DNA of 64,000 bases from Blasia pusilla (Eukaryota). The stretch spans positions 36,084,001 to 36,148,000 of the forward strand of contig CM114271.1 of assembly GCA_050084515.1 (NCBI GenBank), given 5' to 3'. Numbering within the stretch: the stretch's first letter is position 1; each line of letters opens with the position of its first letter. The translations under genes were made by a program, and so were the position numbers. Below are positions 50,069-64,000 of the stretch, one piece after another. Under the pieces are notes generated by a model. It was given only the letters and a program-made list of their open reading frames with translations, did no database searches and had not been told where the DNA came from.

Positions 50069-51096
50069 CACTAGAAGAAATCCTTGGTTTTATGACTAGG
50101 TTATATGATTCATGTGAGTTATATTTTACATACCACGACTAACAATGACTAACGACTACTTTAGACACAAAAGCCAAGTCATATTTGTTTGGCGACTAGG
50201 CTAACTAGGATGGTCAGCTTAGGTGGAGGTTGGTATATGACTAGAGGGTGTAGTCATGAGGCCATGACTAACACGTCACTCAGATGATGTGGAATAATGA
50301 CACATCATCAATGACATGGACTATTTAGTGTGATATGTCACTGATGACATGGACTATTGTTGTGACATGTCACTGATGATGTGGACTTGAGTACGACTTG
50401 TCTAGTCATATGTGTATATTTTTCTAGTTACCACCAACGACTCCTTTAGTCATGGTTGGTGTGCAAAATTTCAGGATATTCTATCAAAATGCACCAAGTA
50501 TAGTCCATTGAGTTATAGTTGGCAACTCATGTAGTCATTTTATTTTATTGAAATGTTGGTATAGACTCATGTAGTCATGTACTATGACTAGAAGAGTAGA
50601 GTTACATGACTACTATAAAAGAGGACACAACTGGTTTAGTCGTGAAGATATGACTATATGAGTAGCGGAAATTATATAGCCATTGAATCTGCATGAGTCA
50701 TACAATTATGACTAGAGAGAACTTGAAGCTTACTACTTTAGTTTTTGAAGAGTCTTTGTGCAAGTTATATTGATATGACTAGTGGGAATATAAATTTTGA
50801 TATTTTGGAATATTTATTATGCCTTTTGAACGGTGCAAGAATGAATGGATCTGAATTATTGAAATCCTCTTTTGAAAACAGATTTTGAGGGGTGGAATGT
50901 CACTTAAGAGTAGCTTCCATACACCAAATTACAAAATTAATCATTATTACATGGGGTTATCATTCAAAAATAGATAAAAATACAAATATCAAATATAATA
51001 GGGTTTATGATCTCATCTTGAAAGAGCAAGAGAGATTATGTCATCCATGAAAACAAAGTTATTGCACCTTAGATAGTTGGATGCCAAAAGAAAAGA

Positions 51097-54000
51097 CTAT
51101 TCTATTGATTCATCTTTCTCATATGCATCTCTCGCCGAGCATGCTTGAACCAAGAGCATCACCAAATGTTTCGTGTGCAGGTTCGTCTATCAAATTCGGC
51201 ATCCACAAAGCATGTTCGCTTTGTTGAACACCTCGCTTAGATCAACCCTCACCACGCCTAAGGGGATGTCTTTGGCATGGAACTTGTCTCTCCCACCAAA
51301 ACCTGATATAACTCTGACCCAAGCATCATCCTACTCAACTTTGGCTTGGTGAGTAATACGTGATCACCAATTCGTAGCTAAAAAAAATACACAGGCATTT
51401 AGTTAGTACCAATTCAAATTCTTTCCACATGCATTTGCACCATTAATCTGAAAATAAAAAACTGCTATGATATACCTGTTTGAAAGACCATCCCCATTTC
51501 GAAGATGACGTGAAAAGTTCACAAGTCTTAGACGACCATTTGATTTGTCCACAACAAGAATTATCGGTGTCGTCACATAAACCTTGAATAGAAGAGGCCA
51601 TTATAGATGAGATAAATTACCTTAGTTATTTTCTTAGACGGGCCTGATCTGATTTCACTTTCTTGCTCATTCAAACCATCAGATTGTAGCCTAGACTTCT
51701 GTCTTTTGGATGGTGATGATTTGGCTTGGCTATCCATACTCACGTTTTCTGCACATTATGCACGACAAAGTCCATTGAAGGTTGTAGGAAGAAATGAGTT
51801 TTGTTTCGTGGATAGTTTGAAAACTATGCCACAGATAAATTCATTATGCCAAGGATGACATACTTACGAGTGATTCGAGTATCACCGTCTGCACTTTCTC
51901 GTGGAACTTCTCCTTTTGTTGCTCCGTTCTGGCACTTCAACAAACAACCCAAGTATTGAGAAATGAATTGTAAAACCAGATTCTTCACTTCAACAAGTAA
52001 TTATATTATACGACCCTACATGTAGTGAAGCTAAACTCTCTACTTACCACCAGATTGTGTAGTTGGCATTGCCTCTTTTTGTGTGGAGATCTTCCTCTTC
52101 CCTAATTTTCCGGTCAGAGACGTTGGTATAGGTTCAACACCGATCGTAAGTTACTCAAAACAAAGAAAGTCAGTTGTGAAATGCTCATGCTGGAAAGGAC
52201 AAGTAGTTATAACCATTGAAAACCAAGGGGAAGAATGAGAATGGGCTACCGATGTGAGTTTCTCATCCTGTTGTTGCATATGGTTGAGAATTGGATGGCG
52301 GGGAACTAGAAATCTGGTGTGGTGTTGAAGACACATCCTTTGAAGTAAGTTTGGACACCATTTCCATGAGTACACTTAATGCCTTGTTCCGCTGTTCCAT
52401 CCGCAACTTCACATCATCCAAATCTGCGCTCCACTTCTTTTCCACTTCTTCCAATTGAATAGTGACTCTAGATTCCACACTGCATATATAATCCAACGAT
52501 CAATTAGGTACCAAAAAATATGGTTTTGCAATTACACACTTAGATACAATCATGATACTAACACCATAATTCAACATGATTAAGGATATGATATTAACTC
52601 CATGACCCAATCAGATGAAGGTCATAATACTAGCCATGTCAAGCCAACGGGTAAGAAAAGAGTTAAGCATTTACATTTACCGATGAACTCAATTGTGTGA
52701 AACCTGGTTGCTTAGGAAACTCGCTTCTCTCCGTATATTCTAGCCCGTGCCCAAGGACTCCTTTGAGGTACGTTGTTGCACTGCACATGCTCCTTAAATA
52801 CATAAATTATGAAATTCATGCATGTGAAAGGATTCATTGCAAATATGGAAATGAAGCAATAATGGAAGTTTTCTACCATTATATAACTTTAGCAAGAAAA
52901 CTAGGAATGCCAAGATGACTTACATCAAGTCCATCTAAAACCTGCACGGCCGGAGAAATTTAAAGTCGGACCTTGGCCCTTGCTGAGCCATCTTTTCTGC
53001 CTTCATTTTTCCTTCCTCGGAGAGCCAATAATCTACTAATCGATTCCATGACTCCTCATTGGTATCAGGGTGACATGGGACTGCTCGATGAGCCCCATGT
53101 AATGTCCAATAGTTCTTGACATTGATCGCTCGGTTTTCAATAGTTGTGCTATTTTTTTTTCTTCATGAAATCAAGTTTAAAGAGATGATGCACCCACATA
53201 TGTGTATGCCTCAAGGATATGATTCTGAACAACAGCCATGTTGATAGAATTCTATTTACCAATCTCAATACATGATAAGTCCAAGTACCTCATCACCCAT
53301 ACCTTCAATTCATTTAGCCAAGGCTCATAACTAGGAACTCTAGGCGACGGAATACCATTTGGCATGAGCTCACATCTAGGTTTTAAGTTTTGCTCCTTCC
53401 TAATGGAGACATCACGAGTCCACAAATCACGCTTTGTGCGACTCTGCCGCTCTCCTACAAATATACCACCATCCCAATTCTCAGATATAAAAAATATAGG
53501 GCCGACAATTATAAACTCACCAAATCATAATTATGTTGAACTATATTAACTATAAGACCAACTTATACTAGTAACAATTTCACACCTTTCATAATACAAC
53601 AACCTATTTTAGTATAAATTTGCAAACTTGGAACCAAGTGAGAAGTCACCTTTAGATGCACCCGCTTATGGGTCAAATTTTTTGATGGGCTTGGTGTTGT
53701 GCAAGATTGAGACCTACTACGGTATAATTCATCATCCGTATTCCCGTTGGCCAATGGAGGTACCAATGGTGTTGGGGGCAGCGGTTGGGATGGCCCATGT
53801 CCCTTGTGTCCACAAAAGAAATACAATTAACTAGTTAGACTTCCAATTAATTGAATTCCCGTGTGCAAAACAAGAAAGAACAGAATAGTAAGCTTGCTTA
53901 CCCATGGGGGTGGGATGTTCATGGATGATTGAGCTCCATTGGTCCATGGTGGCTGAAATTGACTTCCATAACCCATCGGTGATTGCATCATTATTAGTAC

Positions 54001-54987
54001 CCACCACGGCATCTGGCTTTGTGCCCATGGGGGTGGATGAGGGGGATATGCTTGCGAAGGCATTATGGGTTGTGATGGAGTTCCATCCATGGGCTGCACA
54101 TGCAAGTAAATGGATGAATAAACTAAACTAGAGACCATTTGATGAGCAAAGATTAGTGAAGTCATAATGATAGGCTTCTACCACTCAATTTATTACATAC
54201 CAATCATACATATAGAGATAGTTGAATATTCCTCCATGTGTACAATTACATTACCGCATCGTTTGTATTGGTGGAATTTTGTACACTTCCTTGTTTGGAT
54301 GGTTCGATTGACGCTCCTTCAAAATGCAGACATTTTGTGAGTTAACAGAGTCGTCATAATTCTGAAATCTGAAGAGAGTAGCAAAACAACAAGATGTGAA
54401 GAGAAAGTACCCTCCCATCCTCCAGCCACAAGTCGTCATCCTCTTCAGTCCCCAAGAAGTCCATCTCTAGGAGTGGATTATAATAGGGGTCTTTGGAATC
54501 ACTATCTGAACAATCTTTTCAAATCTCTCGGGATTACACTTTGTTAGTGGCCTTCTCCTCCAACCGTAAGCTGCGTCTTTGTGGAAGGGAAGGATTCCAA
54601 AATGGCAAAGGCTTGCACTCCTTCACAACCCTTGGAGCAACAAACCTTCAAAATATGATCACACAAATTTTGTCATATTTTCTAATGTACAACCACTATA
54701 TGAACATGATACACTTGACCAAATAAAGCAAAAGAAAAAGATTATCCAAGATCATACTTACCAATCCTTCAACCCACCAAACAACTCCGCCTCTTTGGCC
54801 TTTCTCTCTTTCACTCTACGATTCCTTTCTTCTTCGTATGGATTAGGACTTTGTTGAACATTATCTATACCATCCCAAGATGAACTCTGATTGATTCCAT
54901 GTTCTCTTCAGTCATATCGGTACACTGTTCCAAGCGCCTCCCTCCTCTCAGAGGCGACAAGTTAGCAAGAATAACACCTAACTTGAC
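51097..54987 (-). pseudogene. CACTA TnpA/ORF2-like multi-exon gene, copy 2
   Basis: Homologous to 330-2437, plus coiled-coil exon 52263-52496 and a final exon with FHAKDIPLGVVRVDL; ends approximate. Confidence 0.65.
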
Positions 54988-55144
54988 GGCAATTCGAGAG
55001 TTTACTTGTTGCCATAGAGTTTCATTCCATTATGCCCAACAACACCAGAATTCACTTACATCCTCGTAACAAAAGTCAATTATTTGAATCATACAAAAAA
55101 AAAAAACACAATGATGAGTACCAAAGAAACAACTATGAATTAAT

Positions 55145-58100
55145 CTAATCTGATTCGAGTTATTATTAAGTCTGAATCAACATCTTCTATCATATCGCAT
55201 ACATGGATTATTGGCACATGTTGCACATCCACTCTAGCAAGTTTCCATCTCTCGCATCACTTAGGACTCTAGCTCCTAAGGTACTTGCATCTAGTAGATT
55301 CCCTGGTTCCATGCATGTGGCATGGAAGGTGGGCAAAACATTACAAGCTCCATCTAGCGACTCTAAGTCATCAAAATAAACTCTCCGAGCTCTAGCTTCC
55401 TTCCTCATTACCACTTTCCATCCTCCACCCTCATCGGCATCTCCATAAAACACTTGTTGCACTTGTGATGGGAAAACAAATGGTGGTGATCTAATGGCTC
55501 GCATGACCTCAAGTTGGCCAACAGAAAACCCTCCTTATCTAATTTCATGGATCCTACTCTTGAATCCCAATTTGCTTTAACCCACCGCCCTCGAGATTAG
55601 TATTATGGGTTGTTCTACAACCCCATAATCAAGTAAGAGAATATCAACCAACACCCCAACGTATGAGTATAGACAATTCTGGTTGGAACTTTTTTCATCA
55701 ACAACATGCACCTATTCCACTATCATAAGTGGAGAAGGGTGTCGCACCACTTGGCCCTTCTACCCCTGAAGTGGTTTCCGAGGCTTTCATACTCTTGAAT
55801 GACAATGCCCTACTATTGGAGGTATAGCTAACGATAGTAGGTGAGCATCGGGGATCTTTTGAGTTGTCAATTGCATCTGTGTAATGGCAAGGTGAATCCA
55901 CTTTTCAAAAGGAATGTCTCTAACATGACTAATATTTCTGCTCAATAACAATGTTAATGGTATTAGTACATTCTTTTGTATTTAATGTGTCAATACCAAA
56001 ATAATATACACTTTGAGAGTCCGAACTGTAATTCACATAACTATAACCTTGAAAAGCATATATTGAGAGTTTTACCTTTGCCAATCAACCATGACCTCTC
56101 AGATATGCAACACATAATGATGTGCTAAGTTGATCATTTCTCAAAGTCGAATCGAGTGCTGCACCTTCTAGCTCCTCACCAACAACCACCCTCTTCCTCC
56201 CCATCATCCCACACTCGCGTCCGCACGTCTTCAAACCTTTTCATATACTCGGTCACAAACCCTAATGCCTCGTCCTTCACATACCCTTCTCGCCATACAC
56301 CCCCTCTGGTCTAGCTTTAGACCGTACATATTTCTTCATGTACCCCATATATCGCTCCATTGATACATCCATCGACATGCTACTGGCCCACACATGTCCA
56401 ACTCTTCTACGACATGAATCAACAAATGTGTCATCACGTCGAAGAAAGATGGAGGGAAGTGCATTTCAAACAGACAAAGGGTTATGGCAGTCTCTTCCAA
56501 GAGTTTGTCAAATAAAGCTGGATCATACACCTTTGTACACACCATTCTAAAAATGCCCGATAATCTAATAACCACCATTCTCACGTGGTCTTTCAAAAGA
56601 CCACGAGTGCAATAAGGAAGGACTTGCTTTGAATGAAGACATGGTAATCATGTGATTTCATATTGCCAATTTTCGATTAACCACATGCTTGGAGAGTTCT
56701 CCACAATATCCAGATGGCACTTTCAAGTTTTGAATCCTCGAAAGGAAAGTGTTCAAGTCATGGGGAGATAGACAATAATCGGAAACTGGTTTAAGCAAAA
56801 CTTGGGGTTTACTAGGATGGGGTTGCAACCACAAATGGGATCGAATCCCACGGGCCTCCAGATCTCTCCTTACTTTCACAATATCTTTCACTCCAAATAA
56901 GGTCTTGACTAGATTCTCAACGATATTCTTCTCAACGTGCATTACATCTAACGTATGGCGTATAAGCAAATTCTGATTGTATCGTCAAGGAAGCATGGAC
57001 ATCTCACAACTTCAACATGATAGCTAATATTCACAATCAAATCAAACAAAAGTTATCCTCCTCTATAGCCACTATTTCATAACATAAAGAATGGATAATA
57101 CAGAGAAGGAGCAGGATACTCGCCAATATGGCAACGAATATAGTATACTCAGCCTTTTCACCCCAGTTCTCTTGTAGGGATCAGTAGGGCCGTCTTCTCG
57201 ACCCCCACTCTCATCATATGCATGTTTTTCATTTGCCCATCCAATAATCTCTCTGGAAAGTAGTCTAGGCACGCGTGGTCTAAGTTCTGCACTCCCGTTG
57301 AAGTGAGATCCATACCTGCGGGTCCTCCATGGATGGCTCAATGGGAGATATCGACGATGACAACCGTATATGGGCTTGCCACAAGACTTTGAAAAATCAG
57401 AATCCACTCGAGGCCCGCATATAGTACATCCTAATTTTCCACCATGGCTCGCCCTGACTATAGTTCCGTATGCCGGGTAATCATTTATGGTCCATAGTAA
57501 GGTAGCCTGAACATGAAGTTCCAACTTCCGCCTACCTTCCGGACGTCATGAAATTGAACCCCTTTCCACAATTCTTGGAACTCTTCCACTAGAGGAAGCA
57601 AGTATGTGTCTATGTTTTTCCCATTTACACTTTCCTTTCTGGTATGATCAAAGAGAGCATCACAAAGAATTTTTGTCCGGAGCCAGGGAGGCAAGTTATA
57701 ATTAACAAGAAGCACGGGCCATGTTGACCACTTAACTCGACTTGTCTGAAAATGGATTCACTCCGCCCAAAGCTAGCCCAAACTGAAATTCTTCTTCTCC
57801 TCGGCAAAGTCCGGATATAAGTTGTCCATGTGGCGCCATGACTTGCAATCACTGTATGTCTTACTAAGCTATCCTTGCTCTGATTCAAGGGGGCCCATGT
57901 TAACAATTCAGACAACGTCTTGCATCTAAACATACGTCTCATCCGAGGTATGACAGGAAAATGCCTTAATACCTTACATGGTACCAACGTTCTACCCACT
58001 TTCCGGAACCTTGGTTTCCCACATAATGGACAGATCTCAGCTTCAGCCAAATCACCCCGGAATAAAACACATCCAGCTGGACACGCATGGATACTGTTGT

Positions 58101-58822
58101 AACCTAAGCCTAGTTTACCAATGAGTTTTTTTGCTACATAATAACTCGGTGGCACCAAGTTCCTATTTGTAGGACCAACTTACAAAGGAGTTTCAGAAAT
58201 CGTCAATAGCTACATTTGGGACGCCATGGGTGGTTTGAATGTTAAATAGTAACATGACAAAAGCCAAAACAGATGTTTTTTTCAGAGGGAACAAGGGTTT
58301 GCAAGCTTCAAAGCAAGCTCCTCATATTCATCTCCATGATTGAATGGTGGTTCTTCGTTTGATATTCCCGCTTCGTAATTCATCGATGAGAGAGATGTCT
58401 CTTCAGATTTCATCCTCGTGTATATGGTGATATTTCTGGAAAATATCATTGAGCATTTTATGAACGTCAATGTGCTCGTCTATATCCGCCATGGAAGATC
58501 TCTCCCTTCCATCCACATGGAAGGTGGGGTCGACTCCATTGTCTTATCCTCTTGGCTTCTTTTTTCAGCAAGATCATGCATAAGCCACTCCTCATCTGAA
58601 GAGTCCCATCCATCCCTAGATTTTGGCACTCGACAAAGCGCCGAGCGCCCATTTTTTTCTCAAATGTGCTTCCACCTTGCCGATGGACAACGAGACCCAC
58701 CCTTACTGGTCATTGCACGGACACCGCAATCTTTTACAACCCAAAGACACTAGCACGTGTGCTTTCCGTTGCCACAACTTGGAATCATGTGCCTTTACTC
58801 TAACTGGGTGGTTCAAATCCAT
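55145..58822 (-). pseudogene. CACTA TnpD transposase, copy 2
   Basis: YNSIHACPAGCVLFRG..CPLCG..KVLRHFPVIPR; TINDYPAYG; RHTLDVMHVEKN; FPPSFFDVMTHL. Confidence 0.93.
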
Positions 58823-60519
58823 TCTAAGGGGATTGGAAGTAGATTCCCGCAAACTATGAACTGAAACATTCCAAACACATCCAAAACCATGACATCTTGC
58901 CTCAATAACGAATTCCATAAACCATGGTGGCTGAGCTATCATCTGAATGCATACTCACGTGAAGTCAAGACAAGTATGATAAGGCACGATACCTAACCTG
59001 GTTCTTATCTCGATGGAGATCTCAATCATCACTAACAATCCTCACCGATGCGGTCCAATGCTTCCAACGACATTCTTGAATGACAATTGTAACACACCCA
59101 AATTCAGATAATGACTCAGTCCTTTGATATGTACACTTCATCATGGCCTCGTCTAATAAATGTTTCCAGCTTAATCAGTTGATGAATGCACAAGAGAATG
59201 AATCAAGACATAATCTATGTGCCCCTTTCCTTAGTTGGGATCTTTTGTCCGATTGGAAATTGGTAAAACATAACTCGAACTGATTATTCATGTTTATCTA
59301 TTGAGCTTTCTCGCTTCAAAGAATGAGTTGGTTTCATCAAGATATCTAGTTTAATGCTCTACATTTAATCATCATGACTCAGTTGGAAATTTTAACTTTT
59401 GTTTCAGGAGAAATTGGTGGAAATCTTGAGTAATACCTGTAATAGAGTGAAGGGCCATGAAGACGAGGTGAGTAGACTACTTTTGAGGACACAAATCCCA
59501 ATCAATCTTTCTCGGCATGAAGTAGTTCTACTTGGACGCTTAAGATGAAGTAGTTCCCAAGAATTGACGCTTAATATTTCTCTGAATAGACAAGAATTAG
59601 GCGCAACATTTTTCAATCTATCACTCGGACCAGCGCTCCCGTTCGGACTTTACAGGACATAGCTGAAAAGGGTAAAATGATTTACATGATTCTATAGCGC
59701 TGATGTCATGTGTTTTGGGCAGAGCGCAAATGCAGTGCCATTCTTTGAGAAGGAAAGAGAGAGTGAGGTAGTAGAATCTGAGCTCCAAGAGAGTTAATGC
59801 ACACTCAAGAGCAGCTCCGTGTAGCTCAAGAGAAGACGCAACTCACGATAAAGGACAAGATGGTCCGAGTGCACATGACTCGTGTGACTTCTGGTCCTCG
59901 ACGTGGGCATGCGGATGATGGGCAAGGTGAAACAAGACGTAACACCCTTGAAGTGGAGAATGAAGAATTATGCAAAGAATCTGTTTCATACCCTAAAACA
60001 CCTTCACCTGGTCTACCATCGAACGAGCTTCTCAAGCAGGTGAGAGCGGGTCCAAAGCACTCAGATCATCAAGAAAATTCTCTTAAAGCACAACCGACTC
60101 ATAATTGTTGGCATCCGAACAAACAATTTAGCAGATCTTAGAAGCACAATCAAAGAGACTTAGAACGCCGGTTAGAATTGGAACAGAGACATTCCAAACA
60201 TGAGTCGAGTTACAAAATAAATTAGCAAACATTCAGGGCCGTGAGTCCGAACTTCAAAAGCGAGATAGTACTCCTCCAAGAGTCGCTACAAGAGCAAGTC
60301 CGTTAGTCTAATGAGCAAAGAACTTGTCGCCCAACGTAAACAGAGGGCTTCTTTGAAAGTGCTGAACGACTCTACAAATGAACTTCAGAGTGAGCAAGCG
60401 TGCCAATGAACAAGTTGAAACGTTGAAGGAGCAAAATCACTCGTTGTCCGAGATCACAGAGCGAATCTGAAATTTAAGCGATGCTAGCACAATCGTCGCA
60501 GAGAAGCGTGTACTATAAT

Positions 60520-61961
60520 GCAAGCTGAGACGATTCTATTATCCTGATTGCAATGGTTGATTGCCTTGGCAAGGTGGGCAATTTCAGTGCCGCATGAAAT
60601 CTATTTTTACAGATGAAAGAGAAGGGCTGTTCGTTGGACGTGGTTTTCTACACAAGAATGATTGATATTTGTGGGAAGTGTGGTTACTATGAAAAAGCCG
60701 TTGAGTTCTATGATGAAATGCAAAAGGTTGGAGTGGAGCCAAATATATTTACTTATAACACTCTCATCAATTGCTTGGGAAAATATGGCAATCATACTTC
60801 GCTGCTCACCAAATTGTTTTGTGAGATGCAAGCAGCGTGGTTGTGAGCCTAATGTAGTCACTTACAACACCCTCATAGATCTTTACTCTAAGGCAGGCAA
60901 ACCAGTAACTTAGCATGGAAATCTTGAAGCTACAAGCAAGCCTTCGTATCCACCTGATTTCGGTACTTTCATCACAATGATGGAAACTCAATAAGTCGGG
61001 CAAGTACAAGAAGTTGAGAATATGTTGTGGAAGATGAAGGAAGCTGGGCATGATGTCAGGCTTCCAAAGATACAATATATTGATTGATATGTGGGGCAAA
61101 AAGGTAACATTGAGAAGCTAAGTTTTTAGCACAAGGACTTATTAGATTTGGTTAACCCCAGACTACGCTCACTCTTAGAAGCATGATATCTACTTATTTA
61201 AGAGTGCATATGTATGATGTTTGAAAAGCGATCATTGATACTATGTCCACATTGGGCATCGTAGATTGACTCTAGCATGAGTGCAATACTCCTTCAACAT
61301 TGCTCGGGCTAGAACACCAGAACATGTGGATGGTCTCGAGTGTGCTAGCAAACACGAGACACCCGCTTATGCCTTTGTAATCGCCCCGATTGGATCTCAA
61401 GTGAGGACATCACAAAGATATTGTGAACGCTTCTTTGATTCTTTGCCATCAGTAAGAGAAGGATGGTAAATTAATGTTCCTTGATGCTTTGATCATGTTC
61501 CTCCACAATCTCGGCCGCAAAGTGGAAGAAGTGGGTGTTTGGGACTATGTTGTTAGCCATGACTTCTTTCCTCAAGTCGTTACCATACAAACTACACCTA
61601 GTCATTGGTTTATGGACTTTCATACCATGTTAGTTGGGAGAGCATTAGTTGCCCTCACAAGGACGTTAGCCACATTGAGGGATGCTATGATTACGATTTA
61701 ACTCGCACCAAATCAGGTCTTTATTATTACTTGGTGGGGCAAAGGAAGCAGTGGTGCCTGGATGTTCAACACTCAAACAAGTCTGTCCAAGAGAAGTTGT
61801 ATGCCCTCCGATCTCCTTTCTATGTGAGTGGGATGAACTTGGGTTGCTTTTTTTTTTGCGAAGGGGAACCTTTTCTTGATTGGGTGCAAGCACTTACTCG
61901 ACTAAGCTACCACTATGGAGACAAGTTAATGCTACTCCTTGGTCATCAAGTGACGACGTAA
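60520..61961 (+). pseudogene. PPR-SMR cargo gene, copy 2
   Basis: Same PPR motifs; SMR tail QEKLYALRSPFYVSGMNLGCFFFCEGEPFLDW. Confidence 0.88.
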
Positions 61962-63918
61962 AATCATCTTATTTTCTGTGCTACAAAGTTCACTTTCCAG
62001 ACTTGTGAGTGTATCTTCGATCATCTCTCGTTTCGATTTCCTCATCTCTGTATATATTTTTGAGGGACCAAGTTTTGTCTACCTTCGATTGTGTCCACTT
62101 CTTTTCATGTCCGTGTGCAAAATAAATTCCCTAGAGTTTATCAGTACTACCTTGAGTGATATTTGCTTATGGAAGATAGACCATCCAGTTAAAATAGTTG
62201 TCCTCCTTTCTTAACCTGGATGATCTACCTTCCATAAGCAAAGTACTGTGCTACTCAACGTTTTGGTTTCAAAGCACATATGCTAAATTTCTGAGAAGGA
62301 TGTATGGGCAGTATTCAAGAGAATATTTCTCACCCTCAAGCTTCAAATTATCTACAAGATATCCTCTTTTAGAGCCTTTTGAAAAGTTCTGCAGTGAAAG
62401 AAGCTTTACATGTTCTTTGACACTCACCAATCATAAAAGGTAGAATCGAGTTTGACTTGAAAACTCGTGTTAGCCAATTTTTACCTAGCCTAATTAGCTA
62501 CTTTCCATACAGCGTAAAAAGAGAAAGAAACTTTCAATTTTAATGAATTTCGTGTCCTTGTTCAGAATTAGGAAATGCAATGGACATCCAGATTCAAGAT
62601 TGTATTCTCTGCAATCGATGCTTATCATAGTTGTGTCGCACCAACATTCTTGGTGTATGCACACCTTTGGATGTGGAAAGATGTTGGGGTATCTAGTTGG
62701 AAGCTCAAATATGTTGGAGGTTTGTTGAAAAGCAAGCACATGATGGCATGTTAGAGACGGATCTCAAGGAAAATTCATTACCAATCAAGTCTAAGAATAT
62801 GTTGAGACTCTGAACTTTCAACATAATATTGAACCCATATGGTTGTGGGCCATGTGTTTCCACTCTATGGGCATGTTGGAGGGCACAGCAGCTTTGTACA
62901 GCATCTATGACTACCCAATGTCTATTACCTGGGGAGAAATTTGTGGGAGCTCTGAGATTAATTTGCACGACATTGTGCATGAGGAGTGATTGTGAAACTT
63001 GTTCAGAGTAACTCATGTGGCAAAGCGGATGAAGTGAGGTGGTGGATTTGTTAAAACTTTAACAAGGGTAATCCCTCACAAATGTTTTAATGTGGAAACA
63101 AAGCATGGTGGTGAAGATACTTAAATTGATCTCAAACGCCAACAACTTCTTGTGACTTGGGATTGACTTATCGACGAATGGATTCGTGTTGTAATGCACG
63201 ATTCTACCTCTGAGGATGGGTGCAAGATTTGTGAGAAGGATATCGTGAATCGGAGAAAACAAGAAAAGCGGCATTCGGAAATTTCCAAACGAACTACGAT
63301 TACAGATTCGATTGGAAGAGAGAGAAAGGCAAAACTCCCAAGATCTACAAACTGAAACACAACACTTCAGATTACCCGAGAACTAAACACATCAATCGGA
63401 TTCAATTAGAACGGAGACGGCTTTGAGATACACAAATATCTACAATTTATAGATTACCTAAAACGGGAGATGTCAAATGCGATTAGAGAGAGAACAATAC
63501 GGAATCGATGATTACACACATAAGTGAAGACTTCAAGAGGTTGCGTAGAAACCTTGCAATTTCAGTTCAATTATAGGCACAAGAGAGAAAATACTATCCA
63601 GAAAAATTGACGACTATCCGACCTCTCAAACAACTCAACAACATGCGGACGATAGACAACTTTCCAAGTTCCCTTTAAAATATTACAATTTCAAGTCAAC
63701 CACGAGAGGGAATAGATGTGTGATCAAGCATGTCGAGAAATCTGTCACTTCGATTAGTGAGTCACCTTCAAATTCAGGTGGAAGGAGAGATAGAGTAATG
63801 AATAAAGATAAAGGCAACTTACAGTTTCCAATCCCAAGGAATCAGAAGAGTGGAAGCCGAGAGTGAAGACGAAGAGCGATGGGAGAGGTGGGTGCTGGAG
63901 TGGGCACGACGAGAGAAC

Positions 63919-63920
<2 letters not shown>

Positions 63921-64000
<80 letters not shown>
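63921..64000. repeat. (GA)n microsatellite, at least 40 units, runs off window
   Basis: Direct reading. Confidence 0.99.

Larger units (their letters stand above)
50069..61998 (-). mobile_element. CACTA copy 2; probably extends beyond 61998, other TIR not seen
   Basis: Begins CACTAGAAGAAAT; ATGACT/AGTCAT subterminal array to ~50800; colinear with copy 1. Confidence 0.92.

Noticed and set aside
11286-50081. The two CACTA TIRs as the ends of one element
   Set aside because: They face away from each other and have different flanks (GTG vs CTC); they belong to two separate copies

Overview
Eukaryotic, plant-like window made almost entirely of nested transposable elements; a non-seed-plant origin is an inference from the TE protein families. 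No intact host gene is evident and nearly all ORFs are broken by small indels, which could be decay or noisy assembly. Contents: (1) two copies of a CACTA/En-Spm element (1-11298 and 50069 to at least ~62000) with TnpD/TnpA-like genes plus an oppositely oriented PPR-SMR cargo gene; (2) three copies of a Mutator-like DNA transposon (13790-16590, ~25406-37543 near complete, ~47190-50068); (3) two Gypsy elements whose integrase ends in a PHD finger; (4) two partial Gypsy elements with related ~1.28-kb LTRs, a Copia element and other LTR debris. The most notable item is the near-complete Mutator-like copy. It carries a divergently oriented, spliced second gene with a ParB-like DGNH motif and a C-terminal beta-class N4/N6 DNA-methyltransferase-like domain. 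Its introns, promoter and ends are seeded with many copies of one CpG-rich palindrome (GCAACCCGTCGG-N3-CCGACGGGTTGC). This is a candidate transposon-encoded, sequence-targeted DNA modification or anti-silencing module.
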